This document shows, one piece after another, positions 37,982-49,761 of a DNA stretch of 64,000 nucleotides. Each line of letters opens with the position of its first letter. The stretch's first letter is position 1. Position numbers and translations under genes: made by a program. The notes beneath the pieces are model-generated. The model was not told the origin of the DNA. It saw nothing but the letters and a program-made list of their open reading frames with translations, and ran no database searches. The stretch comes from Candidatus Eiseniibacteriota bacterium (GTDB taxonomy: Bacteria > Eisenbacteria > RBG-16-71-46 > JABDJR01), in the NCBI GenBank assembly GCA_963762255.1, contig CAVXKA010000002.1, positions 640,001-704,000 on the forward strand, given 5' to 3'.

Positions 37982-38886
37982 GACGACGCCTTCTTCACCG
38001 CGTGCCCTCCGAACTGCTGCCGGAGCGCGGCCAGCACCTTGGCCTGAAAGGAGTCTTCCTGCCGCGAGCGGAACCGCGTCATGAGCGCCGCGTAGAGCAC
38101 CGGCGCGGGAACGTCGTGGTCGACGGACTCCTGAAGCGTCCAGCGTCCCTCGCCGGAGTCGGACACGTAGCCGCTGAGCGATGCCAGCGACGGATCCTCG
38201 GCGAAGGCCCGCCCCGCCAGCTCCAGAAGCCACGATCGCACCACGCTCCCCTGCATCCAGACCGAGCAGAGCTGCTCGAGGTCGAACCCGTAGTCGGAGG
38301 CGTTGAGGATCTCGAAGCCTTCCGCGTAGGCCTGCATGAGGCCGTACTCGATCCCGTTGTGGACCATCTTCGCGTAGTGCCCCGCCCCCGACGGACCCAC
38401 GCGGGCCCAGCCCTGATCGCGCGCGGGAGCCAGGGTCTCGAAGATCGGTCGCACGCGATCCACGACCGACGTCTCGCCGCCGATCATGAGCGAGTAGCCG
38501 TTATCGAGCCCCCACACGCCGCCGCTCACACCTGCGTCGATGAAGTGAAGGCTGCGCTCCCGCAGCGCCTGCCCGCGGCGCACCGAGTCCTTGAAGTAGC
38601 TGTTGCCGCCGTCGATGACGACGTCGCCGGGAGCGAGCACATCGGCCAGGCTCCAGATCGTCGTCTCTGTCGGGTCCCCCGCCGGAACCATGACCCACGC
38701 GGTGCGCGGCGGCCGCAGCTTCCCCGCGGCCTCGGCGAGCGTCGACGCACCTTCCGCTCCCTCCGCGACCATGGCCGCCACGGCCTCGCGATCGAGGTCG
38801 AAGACCACCACGCGATGCCCGCCGCGCAGGAGCCGCCGCGTCATGTTGGCGCCCATCTTGCCGAGTCCGATCATCACGATATCCAT
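37978..38886 (-). CDS. gnd: Decarboxylating 6-phosphogluconate dehydrogenase (short form)
   Basis: IGLGKMG, MVPAG, DGGNS, DAGVSGG, KMVHNGIEYG, DSGEGRWT, LRQQFGGH. Confidence 0.95.
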   Translation of the reverse strand: MDIVMIGLGKMGANMTRRLLRGGHRVVVFDLDREAVAAMVAEGAEGASTLAEAAGKLRPPRTAWVMVPAGDPTETTIWSLADVLAPGDVVIDGGNSYFKDSVRRGQALRERSLHFIDAGVSGGVWGLDNGYSLMIGGETSVVDRVRPIFETLAPARDQGWARVGPSGAGHYAKMVHNGIEYGLMQAYAEGFEILNASDYGFDLEQLCSVWMQGSVVRSWLLELAGRAFAEDPSLASLSGYVSDSGEGRWTLQESVDHDVPAPVLYAALMTRFRSRQEDSFQAKVLAALRQQFGGHAVKKASS

Positions 38887-39602
38887 CACAGATCTCCTCC
38901 GTCGGGTCGAAGCACGATCTCCTCCGGCACCGAGCGCGGGTCCGTGGACAACGCCCAGATCACCGCGTCCGCCACCGAGCCCGGCGACATGAGTCGATCC
39001 GCGGGCGGGGCCTTTGCGTGCTCCCACATCGCGGTCGCGGTCGCGCCGGGAATGACCGCGGTGACGCGCACGCCGGTTCCGAGCGTCTCTTCCCGTAGCA
39101 CGCGCGTGAACCCGAGCAACCCGAACTTCGACGCGCCGTAGGCGCCGCAGCCGCGATACGCCTTCACACCCGCCACCGAGACGTTCATCACGACGTGCCC
39201 CTCGCGCGCGGCCAGCATCTCCGGGAGCACCTCGCGGGTGAAGAAGAACGGTCCACGCAGGTTGGTCTCCATAGCGCGATTCCAGACTTCCGTGGTGAGC
39301 TTCGCCACCGAAGCGTATTCCGCCACCCCCGCGTTGTTGATGAGGATGGACACGCGGCCGAAGCGCTCGCGCGCCGCATCCACCGCCCGGCGCACATTGT
39401 CCTCGCGGCGCACATCGCACACGATCGGCTCGAACGCGACCTCGTGCCCCGCGGCGTCGGCATCCCGCCCCAGCGCCTGGAGCGGCTCCTCGCGGCGGCC
39501 GACGCCGGCTACGTTCACGCCCAGCGCCAGCAACCGGAGCGCGATCTCGCGCCCTATGCCTGTCCCCGCGCCAGTCACGATCGCGGTACGGCCGGAGAGC
39601 AT
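38886..39602 (-). CDS. SDR, sepiapterin reductase-like
   Basis: VTGAGTGIG, INNAG, YGASKFG, PGAT.T.MW, C-terminal EEIVLRPDGGDL (recalled Chlorobium enzyme ends EEIILRPTSGDI); follows folE and PTPS. Confidence 0.7.
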   Translation of the reverse strand: MLSGRTAIVTGAGTGIGREIALRLLALGVNVAGVGRREEPLQALGRDADAAGHEVAFEPIVCDVRREDNVRRAVDAARERFGRVSILINNAGVAEYASVAKLTTEVWNRAMETNLRGPFFFTREVLPEMLAAREGHVVMNVSVAGVKAYRGCGAYGASKFGLLGFTRVLREETLGTGVRVTAVIPGATATAMWEHAKAPPADRLMSPGSVADAVIWALSTDPRSVPEEIVLRPDGGDL

Positions 39603-40183
39603 CAGATCTCCGTCCTGTGCTTGAGCAAGTCCAGGAATTCGTTGCGTGTCCCGCGGTCCTCGCGGAACACGCCCAGCATGGCGCTGGTGATCGCCACCGA
39701 GTGCTGCTTCTGCACGCCGCGCATGGTCATGCACATGTGCGTCGCCTCGATCACCACCCCCACCCCCTGCGGCTGCAAGAGCTTTTGGATGGTCTGGGCG
39801 ATCTGGTTGGTCAAGCGCTCCTGCACCTGGAGTCGCCGCGCGCACACATCCACCAGGCGCGGGATCTTTGAGAACCCGACGATCTTGCCGTTGGGGATGT
39901 AGGCCACATGGGCCTTTCCCACGAACGGGAGGAGATGGTGCTCGCACATCGAATAGAGTTCGATGTCCCGGATGCAGATCATCTCGTCGGTGTCCTCGCT
40001 GAACAGGGCCTTGTTGAGCACGTCTTCCGGATCCTGCTTGTAGCCCTGCAAGAGGAAGCGATAGGCCTGGGCCACGCGGTGGGGTGTGCGCAGGAGCCCT
40101 TCGCGCTCGGGATCCTCGCCCAGCTCGACCAGCATCTCGCGCACCAGCGCTTCCAGTCGCGCGTTGTCCAATGGTTTCATCAT
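39602..40183 (-). CDS. folE: GTP cyclohydrolase I
   Basis: [43 protein letters not shown]. Confidence 0.96.
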   Translation of the reverse strand: MMKPLDNARLEALVREMLVELGEDPEREGLLRTPHRVAQAYRFLLQGYKQDPEDVLNKALFSEDTDEMICIRDIELYSMCEHHLLPFVGKAHVAYIPNGKIVGFSKIPRLVDVCARRLQVQERLTNQIAQTIQKLLQPQGVGVVIEATHMCMTMRGVQKQHSVAITSAMLGVFREDRGTRNEFLDLLKHRTEI

Positions 40184-40611
40184 CAACCTCTTTCGGGTCC
40201 GTAGAAATCCACGACGTTTCGATCGGTCTCATAGAGTCGGATGCGATACAGGATCCCCGCGGGAAGCGCCGGCTCCAGCACCTCCCAGGCCGCCACGGCG
40301 ATGTTCTCCGCGGTCGGGATGCGACCCCGCATGAAGTCCACGTCGCGGTTGAAATCGCGGTGGTCGCAACGCTCCCAGAACTCGCGCACGATGACCGCCT
40401 TGAGATGCTTGAGATCGACAACCATGCCGGTCTCAGGATCGGGCTTCCCGCGCACCGTCACCTCGAGCACGTAGTTGTGGCCGTGCCCGCCCTCGGTGGC
40501 GCACTTGCCGAAGACGGCGGCGTTCCGCGCATCGTCCCAGGCCGGATTGTGGAGCCGGTGCGCCGCGCAGAAGGCGATGCGCTTGGTGAGGTAGAGAGAA
40601 CCGTCCCGCAT
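40183..40611 (-). CDS. 6-pyruvoyl-tetrahydropterin synthase (PTPS-II, animal-like)
   Basis: F.AAHRL.NP....N..VFGKC.....HGHNY, TGMV, DH, PTAEN, LYET..N. Confidence 0.88.
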   Translation of the reverse strand: MRDGSLYLTKRIAFCAAHRLHNPAWDDARNAAVFGKCATEGGHGHNYVLEVTVRGKPDPETGMVVDLKHLKAVIVREFWERCDHRDFNRDVDFMRGRIPTAENIAVAAWEVLEPALPAGILYRIRLYETDRNVVDFYGPERG

Positions 40612-41825
40612 CATCGCGCATCTCCTTCGCTCTCAGCGCCCGGCGCGCCTCCGCCACGCCGCCACGCATCCGCAAGCTCGCTCAGTCGTCCGGCGGGGAG
40701 TTTGCCCGTTCCAAGCCGATCGTTGCCCCCTCCGCGTCCTTCGCACGCGGCCAGCAGACCGCGCAGCACAGTACCGGCATGCGCGGGCCACCCCGAGGGC
40801 ACGGCGAGCGCCGCCCGCCCCTCGGCGCCGTTCGCGCTGGTGAGCAGCACCGGCGCGCCCCGCCGATCCGCCAGCGCCGACGCCATCGGCACCAGCCACT
40901 CGGCGCGGCCCGGCCCGACGTCCCGCACGAACGCGCCATCCACCGGCTCGGCAGCCCAGCGCTCGATCCGGTCCTCGCGCAGCTCGGTCTCGGCCTTCTC
41001 CGCCCGCGCGCGCTCGGCCCGCGCCTCCTCCTGAATCGCGGCGGCCCGCTCCGGCACGTCGAACTCATCGACGGTCAGCGCCAGGGCCAGACCCCGTAGC
41101 GCGCGATGCCGCCGCGCGTAGTCCCCCAGCGCGCGCGCCCCGCAGACGAACTCGATCCGGAGTCCCCCCTTCTTCCGCTCCCAGCGCAGGATCTTGATCG
41201 GTCCCACCTGGCCCGCCCGGTCGCAATGGGTGCCGCAGCAGGGAGTCGCGTCGAAAGTGCCCACGGCCACGACGCGGACGGGTCCTTCCGCCGGCGCTTC
41301 CTTGCGGAGGTGCCGAGGCGCGGAGGCGGCGTCGGGGTACCATGCGGCCACCACAGGGAGATCGGACATGACCACAACGTTCGCGGCGCGCTCGGCGCGG
41401 TCCATCGCATCCTCATCCAGGTTATCGCGGTCGAGATCGATCGTGCAGCGGTCCGCCCCCAGATGGAAGCCGACCGTGCCCGCCGCGGCCAGGTCGAGGA
41501 ACGCCCGACTCAAGATGTGCTGCCCGGTGTGCTGCTGGCGGTGATCGAGCCGGCGCTCCCAGTCCACCTCGCCGCTCACCGGACCCTCGGCGAGCACGCC
41601 CAAGATACGGTGGACAACGGTCTCGCCCTCTTCGAACACGTCCACGACGCGGCAGCCCCCGAGCACGCCGAGATCGTGCGGCTGGCCTCCTCCGGTGGGA
41701 TAGAGCGCCGTGCGATCGAGCACGACGTCGCAGAGCCCCTCTCCCGCGGCGCGGGCAGAGAGCACGACGGCGTCGAAGGCGCGCAGCGCGGAATCCTCGT
41801 AGTAGAGTCGTTGGGTGGCCGGCAT
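40611..41825 (-). CDS. Alanyl-tRNA editing protein (AlaX with DHHA1-like C-terminus)
   Basis: LYYED, T.LYP.GGGQPHD, QQHTGQH, CCGTH, RIEFVCG.RA, GRGGG. Confidence 0.88.
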   Translation of the reverse strand: MPATQRLYYEDSALRAFDAVVLSARAAGEGLCDVVLDRTALYPTGGGQPHDLGVLGGCRVVDVFEEGETVVHRILGVLAEGPVSGEVDWERRLDHRQQHTGQHILSRAFLDLAAAGTVGFHLGADRCTIDLDRDNLDEDAMDRAERAANVVVMSDLPVVAAWYPDAASAPRHLRKEAPAEGPVRVVAVGTFDATPCCGTHCDRAGQVGPIKILRWERKKGGLRIEFVCGARALGDYARRHRALRGLALALTVDEFDVPERAAAIQEEARAERARAEKAETELREDRIERWAAEPVDGAFVRDVGPGRAEWLVPMASALADRRGAPVLLTSANGAEGRAALAVPSGWPAHAGTVLRGLLAACEGRGGGNDRLGTGKLPAGRLSELADAWRRGGGAPGAESEGDAR

Positions 41826-41853
41826 CGGTCGAATACCCCGCAGGTGACGTTCC

Positions 41854-41883
41854 AGTATACGCGAAGGCGACTTCTGCTATACT
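41854..41883. promoter_or_regulatory. Divergent promoter pair
   Basis: TATACT on - strand (41854-41859) and TG-C-TATACT extended -10 on + strand (41875-41883) between divergent operons. Confidence 0.5.
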
Positions 41884-41946
41884 GCTTCACGAGCGTGATC
41901 GGCGGCCTTCCCTGCATGGTCTTGCCGGATCGGGTTCAGGAGTCAG

Positions 41947-42357
41947 ATGCGCAAGCTCATTTCACTCGTCCTGGGATTCTCTTGCTGCGCGGCGGTCGCG
42001 ACCGCCGGCCCGCGTCAGTCCGGGTCTCCTCTGGACTCGACACCGTTCCGCAGCGATCGCGCCAACTTCAGTCTCTCCGCCGTCGGGGGCCAATCTCAAC
42101 TTTTTGACCGCGCCGCTCCGGCCTCCAAGGAGGCCACGGAAGCCCGAGAGCTCGCCGAGGTCCAGGCGATCGCCTACCGCATCTCCTACGCCGGGGTTCT
42201 GCTGCTGACCGCAGACCGGCTCTTCCGCTCGTTCGACTCCGTTCTCGAGAGCATGCAATTGAACGCCGAGGACGGGACCAACTTCCACTTCGTGATGGAG
42301 CCGAAAAGCCGAGGTTTCGAGATCGGGCTCCGCCTCTCCCGACCGATCGGCTTCTGA
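41947..42357 (+). CDS. Hypothetical exported protein
   Basis: AGGAG RBS, signal peptide, C-terminal beta-strand ending in Phe. Confidence 0.6.
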   Translation: MRKLISLVLGFSCCAAVATAGPRQSGSPLDSTPFRSDRANFSLSAVGGQSQLFDRAAPASKEATEARELAEVQAIAYRISYAGVLLLTADRLFRSFDSVLESMQLNAEDGTNFHFVMEPKSRGFEIGLRLSRPIGF

Positions 42358-42381
42358 TCCGCTCCTCGAGTTGAGGGGGTT

Positions 42382-42729
42382 ATGAGCGATACCTGTCTCT
42401 TCTGCAAGATCGCTCGCCGCGAACTGGACGCCGCCGTCGTGTACGAGGACGACGACGTGCTCGCCTTCAAGGACATCCAACCGCAGGCGCCCGTTCATGT
42501 GCTGATCATCCCCAAGCGCCACCTCGCCACCCTCAACGATTTCCGACCGGACCACGGCGACCTGATCGTCAAGCTCGTCCTCGCCGCGACCAAAATCGCG
42601 CGCGACCAGGGGGTGGCGGACGACGGCTACCGCCTGGTGTGGAACTGCCAGGAAGGGGCTGGGCAGTCGGTCTTTCACGTCCACCTGCACCTCCTCGGCG
42701 GGCGGCGCCTGAACTGGCCTCCCGGCTAG
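42382..42729 (+). CDS. HIT family nucleotide-binding protein (HinT)
   Basis: CLFCKI, AF.DI.P.AP.H.L, GQSVFHVHLHLLGG, WPPG. Confidence 0.95.
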   Translation: MSDTCLFCKIARRELDAAVVYEDDDVLAFKDIQPQAPVHVLIIPKRHLATLNDFRPDHGDLIVKLVLAATKIARDQGVADDGYRLVWNCQEGAGQSVFHVHLHLLGGRRLNWPPG

Positions 42730-42769
42730 CCTCAAAACCCCGCGAAGGTTCGGCCGATAACTCCCTGAG

Positions 42770-44431
42770 ATGCAATCTGTTCCTCTCCGGACCGCCCCGA
42801 CCGGCGGTCCTCGACCTCTTTCAGTTGTGGAGGGGCGCCGCGCCTATCTCGGGTGGGCGGTGGGCGTCGGCGCGTGCATGCTGCTTGTGCTCGGCGTCGC
42901 GATCGGCCGCCACGGCGCATCGGTCACGCCCGATTCCGTCCAGTACCTGAGCGCGGCCCATCATGTCGCTCGTGGGGACGGGGTCGTGACCTCGGTCACC
43001 GAACTCTCCGTTCTCCCCAAGATGGTCCCGCTCGGACCATGGCCTCCCCTCTACCCCGCCCTGGTCGGAGTCCTCATGCGGGCGGGGCTCGATGTCTTCG
43101 CGGTGGTGCGATGGCTGAACGTGATCCTTCTCCCGCTCGCGCTCTGGCCGCTGGCCGCGGTGGCGCGGCGCATCGCGGGGCCCCGCGTGGCCGCGATCAC
43201 GGTGCTCGCGCACACGCTTCTCTTCTATCCGGTCATGCTGTCCGCGTTCGTCTGGTCGGAGCCGGCGTACATCGTCTTCTCGCTGGCCAGCCTGGCGCTC
43301 CTCGGGCGCGGGATGGCGCGCACCGACGGGCGCCCGTGGGAACTGGCCCTGGCCGGGCTCTTCGCCGCCGCCGCGATGCTCACCCGCTACATCGGCTTCA
43401 CGCTGATCGGCGCCTCGCTCGGCGGTCTCTGGCTTCTCTCGCTGCATCGCCCGCCGAGGCGCTTCTGGCGCGACATGGCTTTCTACGCGGTTCCCGCGAT
43501 TCTCCCCAACGTGCTCTGGCTCTGGCGCAATCATCGAGCGACGGGATTCTTCTTCGGCGAGGCGCGCCCCGAGGCGTGGTTCCCGTGGGATCGCATCCTG
43601 GCCGATACGGGAAAGACGCTCGCCCTCGATGGAATGGCGCCGATCCTTCGACTCGACGCCCCCTGGGCGCCGGGACTGGGCATCGTGGGATTCGCCGGGG
43701 CCGTCCTCCTGGCGGGACTTCTGGTTCGCCGTCTTCGCCTCGTGCGCGTGACGAGCGCGGACGAGCGGGGCGGGCTCTCGTTCATCCTGTGGCTCTATGC
43801 GGCGGGCTTCATCCTCGGCATGATCCTGCTCTCGCGCCGGGTGGGGTTCGATCCGATCAACACGCGCTATCTCTCGCCCGCGTATCCGCCGCTGCTCGTC
43901 CTCATCGCCGCGTTCGTCGCGAAGGTGCTGGCCGGAGAGCGGCGTCGCCGGCCGCGGCACGCCGAGCGCAACCTGCTCATCACCGCGCTCGTGTTGCTGG
44001 CCGTTCCACAGGCAGCGAGCACCGTGCATCTCATCGCCCGCGCGGGGCACGAGGAGCGTGGGCTCACCGGTCCCTATTGGACGAGCAGCGCCTGGGACGA
44101 CGCGTCGTGGGACGCCGATCCGGGCCTGCGGCGGGCACAGATGCTGGCAGGCGACGGCGCACTGATCATCTCGAACGTCTGGGATCTGATCGGCATCCGC
44201 ACCGGGTTCGCCACCAAGGCGCTTCCCGAACTCACGTGGCCCGGCTTCCCGGAACGGCTCTGGGAGCATCCGGGCGCGGTGGTGGCGGTGCACCGCGATA
44301 TGCGGCGCTACCGGACCACCGATGAGGACCTGCGGGCGCTCGCCGAGGCCTCGGGACGCCTCATCTCGCTTGGTGAAACAGGCACGTGGTCCTTCTATCG
44401 AATCGTCGAACCCGAGGAGCGTGGGCAATGA
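42770..44431 (+). CDS. GT-C fold membrane glycosyltransferase (ArnT/PMT-like)
   Basis: TPDSVQY, WPPLYP, WSE, LTRYIG, RYLSP; many TM helices. Confidence 0.75.
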   Translation: MQSVPLRTAPTGGPRPLSVVEGRRAYLGWAVGVGACMLLVLGVAIGRHGASVTPDSVQYLSAAHHVARGDGVVTSVTELSVLPKMVPLGPWPPLYPALVGVLMRAGLDVFAVVRWLNVILLPLALWPLAAVARRIAGPRVAAITVLAHTLLFYPVMLSAFVWSEPAYIVFSLASLALLGRGMARTDGRPWELALAGLFAAAAMLTRYIGFTLIGASLGGLWLLSLHRPPRRFWRDMAFYAVPAILPNVLWLWRNHRATGFFFGEARPEAWFPWDRILADTGKTLALDGMAPILRLDAPWAPGLGIVGFAGAVLLAGLLVRRLRLVRVTSADERGGLSFILWLYAAGFILGMILLSRRVGFDPINTRYLSPAYPPLLVLIAAFVAKVLAGERRRRPRHAERNLLITALVLLAVPQAASTVHLIARAGHEERGLTGPYWTSSAWDDASWDADPGLRRAQMLAGDGALIISNVWDLIGIRTGFATKALPELTWPGFPERLWEHPGAVVAVHRDMRRYRTTDEDLRALAEASGRLISLGETGTWSFYRIVEPEERGQ

Positions 44432-45903
44432 ACCGCACCGTATGGCGGAGCGTCCTGTCGCTCGGGCTTCTCGTGCTGCTCGTCGCCAACGCGGCCTACG
44501 CGTTCGACGCGCCGTCGTGGCGGGAGCGCATCCGTGCGAACCACGCGAACGCGGACTCCCTCATCGCTCTTGGCGCGGAGGCCGCGCGCAACGGTCATCC
44601 CCGCGAGGCGGTTCGCGCCTATGAGCAGGCGGTTGCAGTCGCCCCCGCGCGAAGGACCGAGATCGGTGGGAGACTCGCCTACCAGTACGCATGGGCCGGT
44701 GACCTCGGCCGCGCCCGGCGCGAGTTCGCCCGCGCTCGCGCGGCGCACCCGGAGGATAGAGATCTGCGGCGCGGCGAACTCCTGGTCATGAACTGGATGG
44801 GCGATCATCTGGCCGCATGGAAGGGATACGAAGTCCTGGTTGCGGAGAACGGAGAGCTGGACGACCGCGCGGAAGCTTGGGTGGAATTGGCCACGGCTCA
44901 GAACTGGGCGGGTCGGCGCGATCTCGCGTTGCGCTCCACCGAGTGGGCTCTCCACCTCGACCGCGGCAGTCGTGGGGCGCGCGATCTCGAGTCGACGATC
45001 CGCGCGGGACTGCGCCCCCGCGCAGGACTCTTCTATGACGGGGCCGAGGACTCGGACGACTACCGGGTGAACGGCGTGTGGGCGGAGGCAAGCGTCTCCC
45101 CGCACCCGCAACTCACCCTCTCTCCGTTCGCGAACGTGCAGGGCATCCGCCGGCCGGACATGCCGCACATCGACGAGACATGGGCCGGGATCACGGTCTC
45201 CGCGCAGCCGTTCACGCGCGCGGGCCTGTGGGCGCGGGCGGCCTGGCTCACCGACGTGCCGTCCGCGGCCGACTACGCCCCTCTGACCGGCGCGGCGACG
45301 ATCGACTATCGCCCGCACGACCGCACGCGCCTCGGCGTCTCCGTCGAGCGCTTCGCGGTGGTCTCCTATCGCGCGTACCCCGAGAAGATCACCGGCGAAA
45401 CGTACGGGCTCTTCGTCGAGACGCGTCCCGACTGGTTGAGCCGGGTGCGCCTCAGCGCCGACCGAGCGTTCTACCGCGGAGTGGCTCTCGCGGACGGAAC
45501 CCGCGCGCCCGCGAACCGGCGATGGAACATGGCGGTCGCGGCATCGCGACAGGTGTGGGCTCCCGCGCGCCTGCGCGCCGGCGCGATGGCGCGCCGTCTC
45601 ACCTTCGACCGCGGGGTGGACTACGGGATCTGGACCCCGCGCCGGTTCCACGCCGCCGCGGGTACCCTCGAGTGGGACTGGGGCACCCGCGACCGCTGGT
45701 CCTTGAACGGCGGCCTCGAAGGCGGGGCGGCTCGCGAGAACGGCGGCAAGACGGTCCTCTATGCCGGGTACCGGCTCGGGGCGTACCGAGCGCTCGGCTC
45801 GTTCACGCTCGAGTTCTCGGCGGGCCACACCGAGGGAAACGCGGAAACCGGCACCGGCTACGACCGCTCGTACGCCCACCTCGGCCTGCGCCGGCGCTTC
45901 TGA
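44428..45903 (+). CDS. TPR plus probable outer-membrane beta-barrel protein
   Basis: Signal peptide, TPRs with W.G, then alternating aromatic beta-strands ending in F; ATGA overlap. Confidence 0.7.
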   Translation: MNRTVWRSVLSLGLLVLLVANAAYAFDAPSWRERIRANHANADSLIALGAEAARNGHPREAVRAYEQAVAVAPARRTEIGGRLAYQYAWAGDLGRARREFARARAAHPEDRDLRRGELLVMNWMGDHLAAWKGYEVLVAENGELDDRAEAWVELATAQNWAGRRDLALRSTEWALHLDRGSRGARDLESTIRAGLRPRAGLFYDGAEDSDDYRVNGVWAEASVSPHPQLTLSPFANVQGIRRPDMPHIDETWAGITVSAQPFTRAGLWARAAWLTDVPSAADYAPLTGAATIDYRPHDRTRLGVSVERFAVVSYRAYPEKITGETYGLFVETRPDWLSRVRLSADRAFYRGVALADGTRAPANRRWNMAVAASRQVWAPARLRAGAMARRLTFDRGVDYGIWTPRRFHAAAGTLEWDWGTRDRWSLNGGLEGGAARENGGKTVLYAGYRLGAYRALGSFTLEFSAGHTEGNAETGTGYDRSYAHLGLRRRF

Positions 45904-46031
45904 AGCCCGGAATCCACGGGGCCCGCCCGCCTCTGGCATCCCCGCATCGCCTCCGGTAGACTCGATCCGTTTTCACCGCCCATGCGCTGTCATCGTGCCG
46001 TTCGCGGGACGTGGTCAGGAGGAGGAGGACG

Positions 46032-47584
<1,553 letters not shown>

Positions 47585-47588
<4 letters not shown>

Positions 47589-49018
47589 GAAGCGCACGCT
47601 CGGGGCCGGCGGCTGCGCTGGCCGGCCTCTTCGGACTGATGGCGGTGGCGGGGGCGGCACGGGCTGCCGCCCCTCTCGCCAGCACCGCAGACGTCCCTCC
47701 CGCCGGCGATCCGGTCGGACAGGCGGTCCAGGCGGTCTCCGCGGCGCGGATCGAAGCCGACATCCGCCGTCTGGCGGCGTTCGGCACCCGTCACACGCTC
47801 TCCGAGACCACGCCGGCTGAGCGCGGTATCGGCGCCGCGGCGCGTTGGGTGCAGGCGCAGTTCGACAGCATCTCCGCCGCCAACGGCGGACGTCTGCAGG
47901 TGGTGTGGGACGCGTGGGATCAAGAGCCCGAGGAACGCGTCCCCACTCGCGCGCGTCTCGCCAACGTGGTCGCGATACTCCCGGGGACGGCATCCGGCGC
48001 CGTGCCCGTGGGGGACGCCGGCACAGCCGTCCCTGCCGGTGGAGACGTCTGTTTTGTGGTGGGTGGCCACCTTGACTCCCGCGCCGCCGACATCATGGAT
48101 GCGGTCTCGGACGCACCCGGCGCCGACGACGACGGGAGCGGGATCGCGGTCGTGCTCGAATGCGCGCGGGTCATGGCCCGCTTGCAGTGGGACCATACGC
48201 TCGTCTTCATCGCGTTCACCGGCGAGGAGCAGAACCTTCTCGGCAGCACCCATTGGGCGCAGCTCGCCGCGGCGGATTCGCTACGACTCGGCGGCGCCGT
48301 CGCCGTCGACATGGCCGGTAATACGCGCGCCGCGGACGGAGCCCTGGTCGACGACTACGTGCGTGTATTCAGCGAGGGCGTCCCGGCGGTCGAGGACGAG
48401 GCGGCGGCGCGGCTGCGCGCGGCCACCGGGGGCGAGAACGATTCTCCCTCACGGCAGTGGGCACGCTACGTGCGCGAAGCCGCCGAGAAGTACGTCCCCG
48501 AGTTCGAAGCCCGGCTGGTCTTCCGCCGCGACCGATTCCTGCGGGGCGGCGACCACATTCCGTTCAACCGCGCCGGGTTCACGGCGGTGCGCCTGACCGA
48601 AGCCGTCGAGAACTACGATCACCAACATCAGAACCCGCGCACCGAGAACGGCGTCCGCTACGGCGACCTTCCCGAGTTCGTCGACTTCGCCTATGCCGCC
48701 CGCATCGCCGGCGTCGCCGTGGCCGCTCTCGGCCACGCCGCGTCGGCCCCCGAGGCGCCGCGCGGAGTCACGATCGACGTGAGCGGCCTCGCTGTCGACA
48801 CCACGCTGCGCTGGGAGCCGAGCCCCGAGGAGGATCTCGACGGCTACGAAGTTGTGTGGCGCGCCACCACCGAGCCGGTGTGGACTCACTTCCTCGACGT
48901 CGGCCCGGTGACCGAGGCCACGCTCCCCCTTTCCAAGGATGACACCCTGTTCGGCGTCAGGGTCCGTGACCGCGCCGGCCACCTGAGCCCGGCGGTCGTC
49001 CCGGTGCCGAAGCGATGA
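47585..49018 (+). CDS. M28 family metallopeptidase with FN3-like C-terminus
   Basis: FGTRHT, GHLDSR, PGADDDGSG, GEEQ, GGDH.PF, HQH; start uncertain (TTG overlap). Confidence 0.85.
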
Positions 49019-49695
49019 AGCTCACCGTCATCATCCCTGTGTTCAACGAGGAGCGGACGATCGAGCAGGTCGTGCGCGCGGTGGCGGCGGTCCCCATCGA
49101 CACGGACATCGTCGCTGTCGACGACGCTTCCGTCGACCGTACCCCGGAGATCCTGCGCGCGTTAGAGAGCGAGGGCCTGGTCCGCGTCTTTCGCCAGACT
49201 CGGAACCTTGGCAAGGGCGCCGCGGTACGCCGGGGCATCGACGAGGCCCGGGGGGAGATCTGCGTCATCCAGGACGCCGACCTCGAGTATCAGCCGAGCG
49301 ACTTCCCGGCACTCATCCGGCCCATCGTCGAGTACGGCGCCGACGCGGTCTACGGCAGCCGCTTTCTGGGACCGCACCGCGTCTTCCTTCACTGGCACTA
49401 CGCCGCCAACCGCTTCCTCACCGGGGCGGCCAACCTGCTCTTCGACACGATGCTTACCGACATGGAAACGGGGTACAAGGCGGTACGCACCGAGGTTCTG
49501 CGGGGAATGAACCTGCGGTCGAGCACCTTCGATATCGAGCCCGAGATCACGGCCAAGCTCTTCAAACGCAGGTGCAAGGTGTTCGAGATCCCGATTACGT
49601 ACAACGGCCGGACCTACGCCGAGGGGAAGAAGATCCGGGCCAAGGACGGCCTGCTGGCGGTGATCGCGCTCCTTCGCTTCCGTTTCGTCGACTGA
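49015..49695 (+). CDS. GT2 glycosyltransferase (DPM1/polyprenol-phosphate-sugar synthase-like)
   Basis: IIPVFNEE, VDDAS.D, GKGAA, QDADLEY, YGSRF, TDMETGYK, EGKKI. Confidence 0.9.
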   Translation: MKLTVIIPVFNEERTIEQVVRAVAAVPIDTDIVAVDDASVDRTPEILRALESEGLVRVFRQTRNLGKGAAVRRGIDEARGEICVIQDADLEYQPSDFPALIRPIVEYGADAVYGSRFLGPHRVFLHWHYAANRFLTGAANLLFDTMLTDMETGYKAVRTEVLRGMNLRSSTFDIEPEITAKLFKRRCKVFEIPITYNGRTYAEGKKIRAKDGLLAVIALLRFRFVD

Positions 49696-49704
49696 TCGGG
49701 CCCG

Positions 49705-49713
49705 TGATAGACT
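49705..49713 (+). promoter_or_regulatory. Possible extended -10 promoter for the kinase/DHS pair
   Basis: TG-A-TAGACT in the 66-bp intergenic gap. Confidence 0.35.
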
Positions 49714-49761
49714 GCGCGCCCGGAAGAGAATCCGGGTGCATTTCACTGTGGTGAGGGACCA

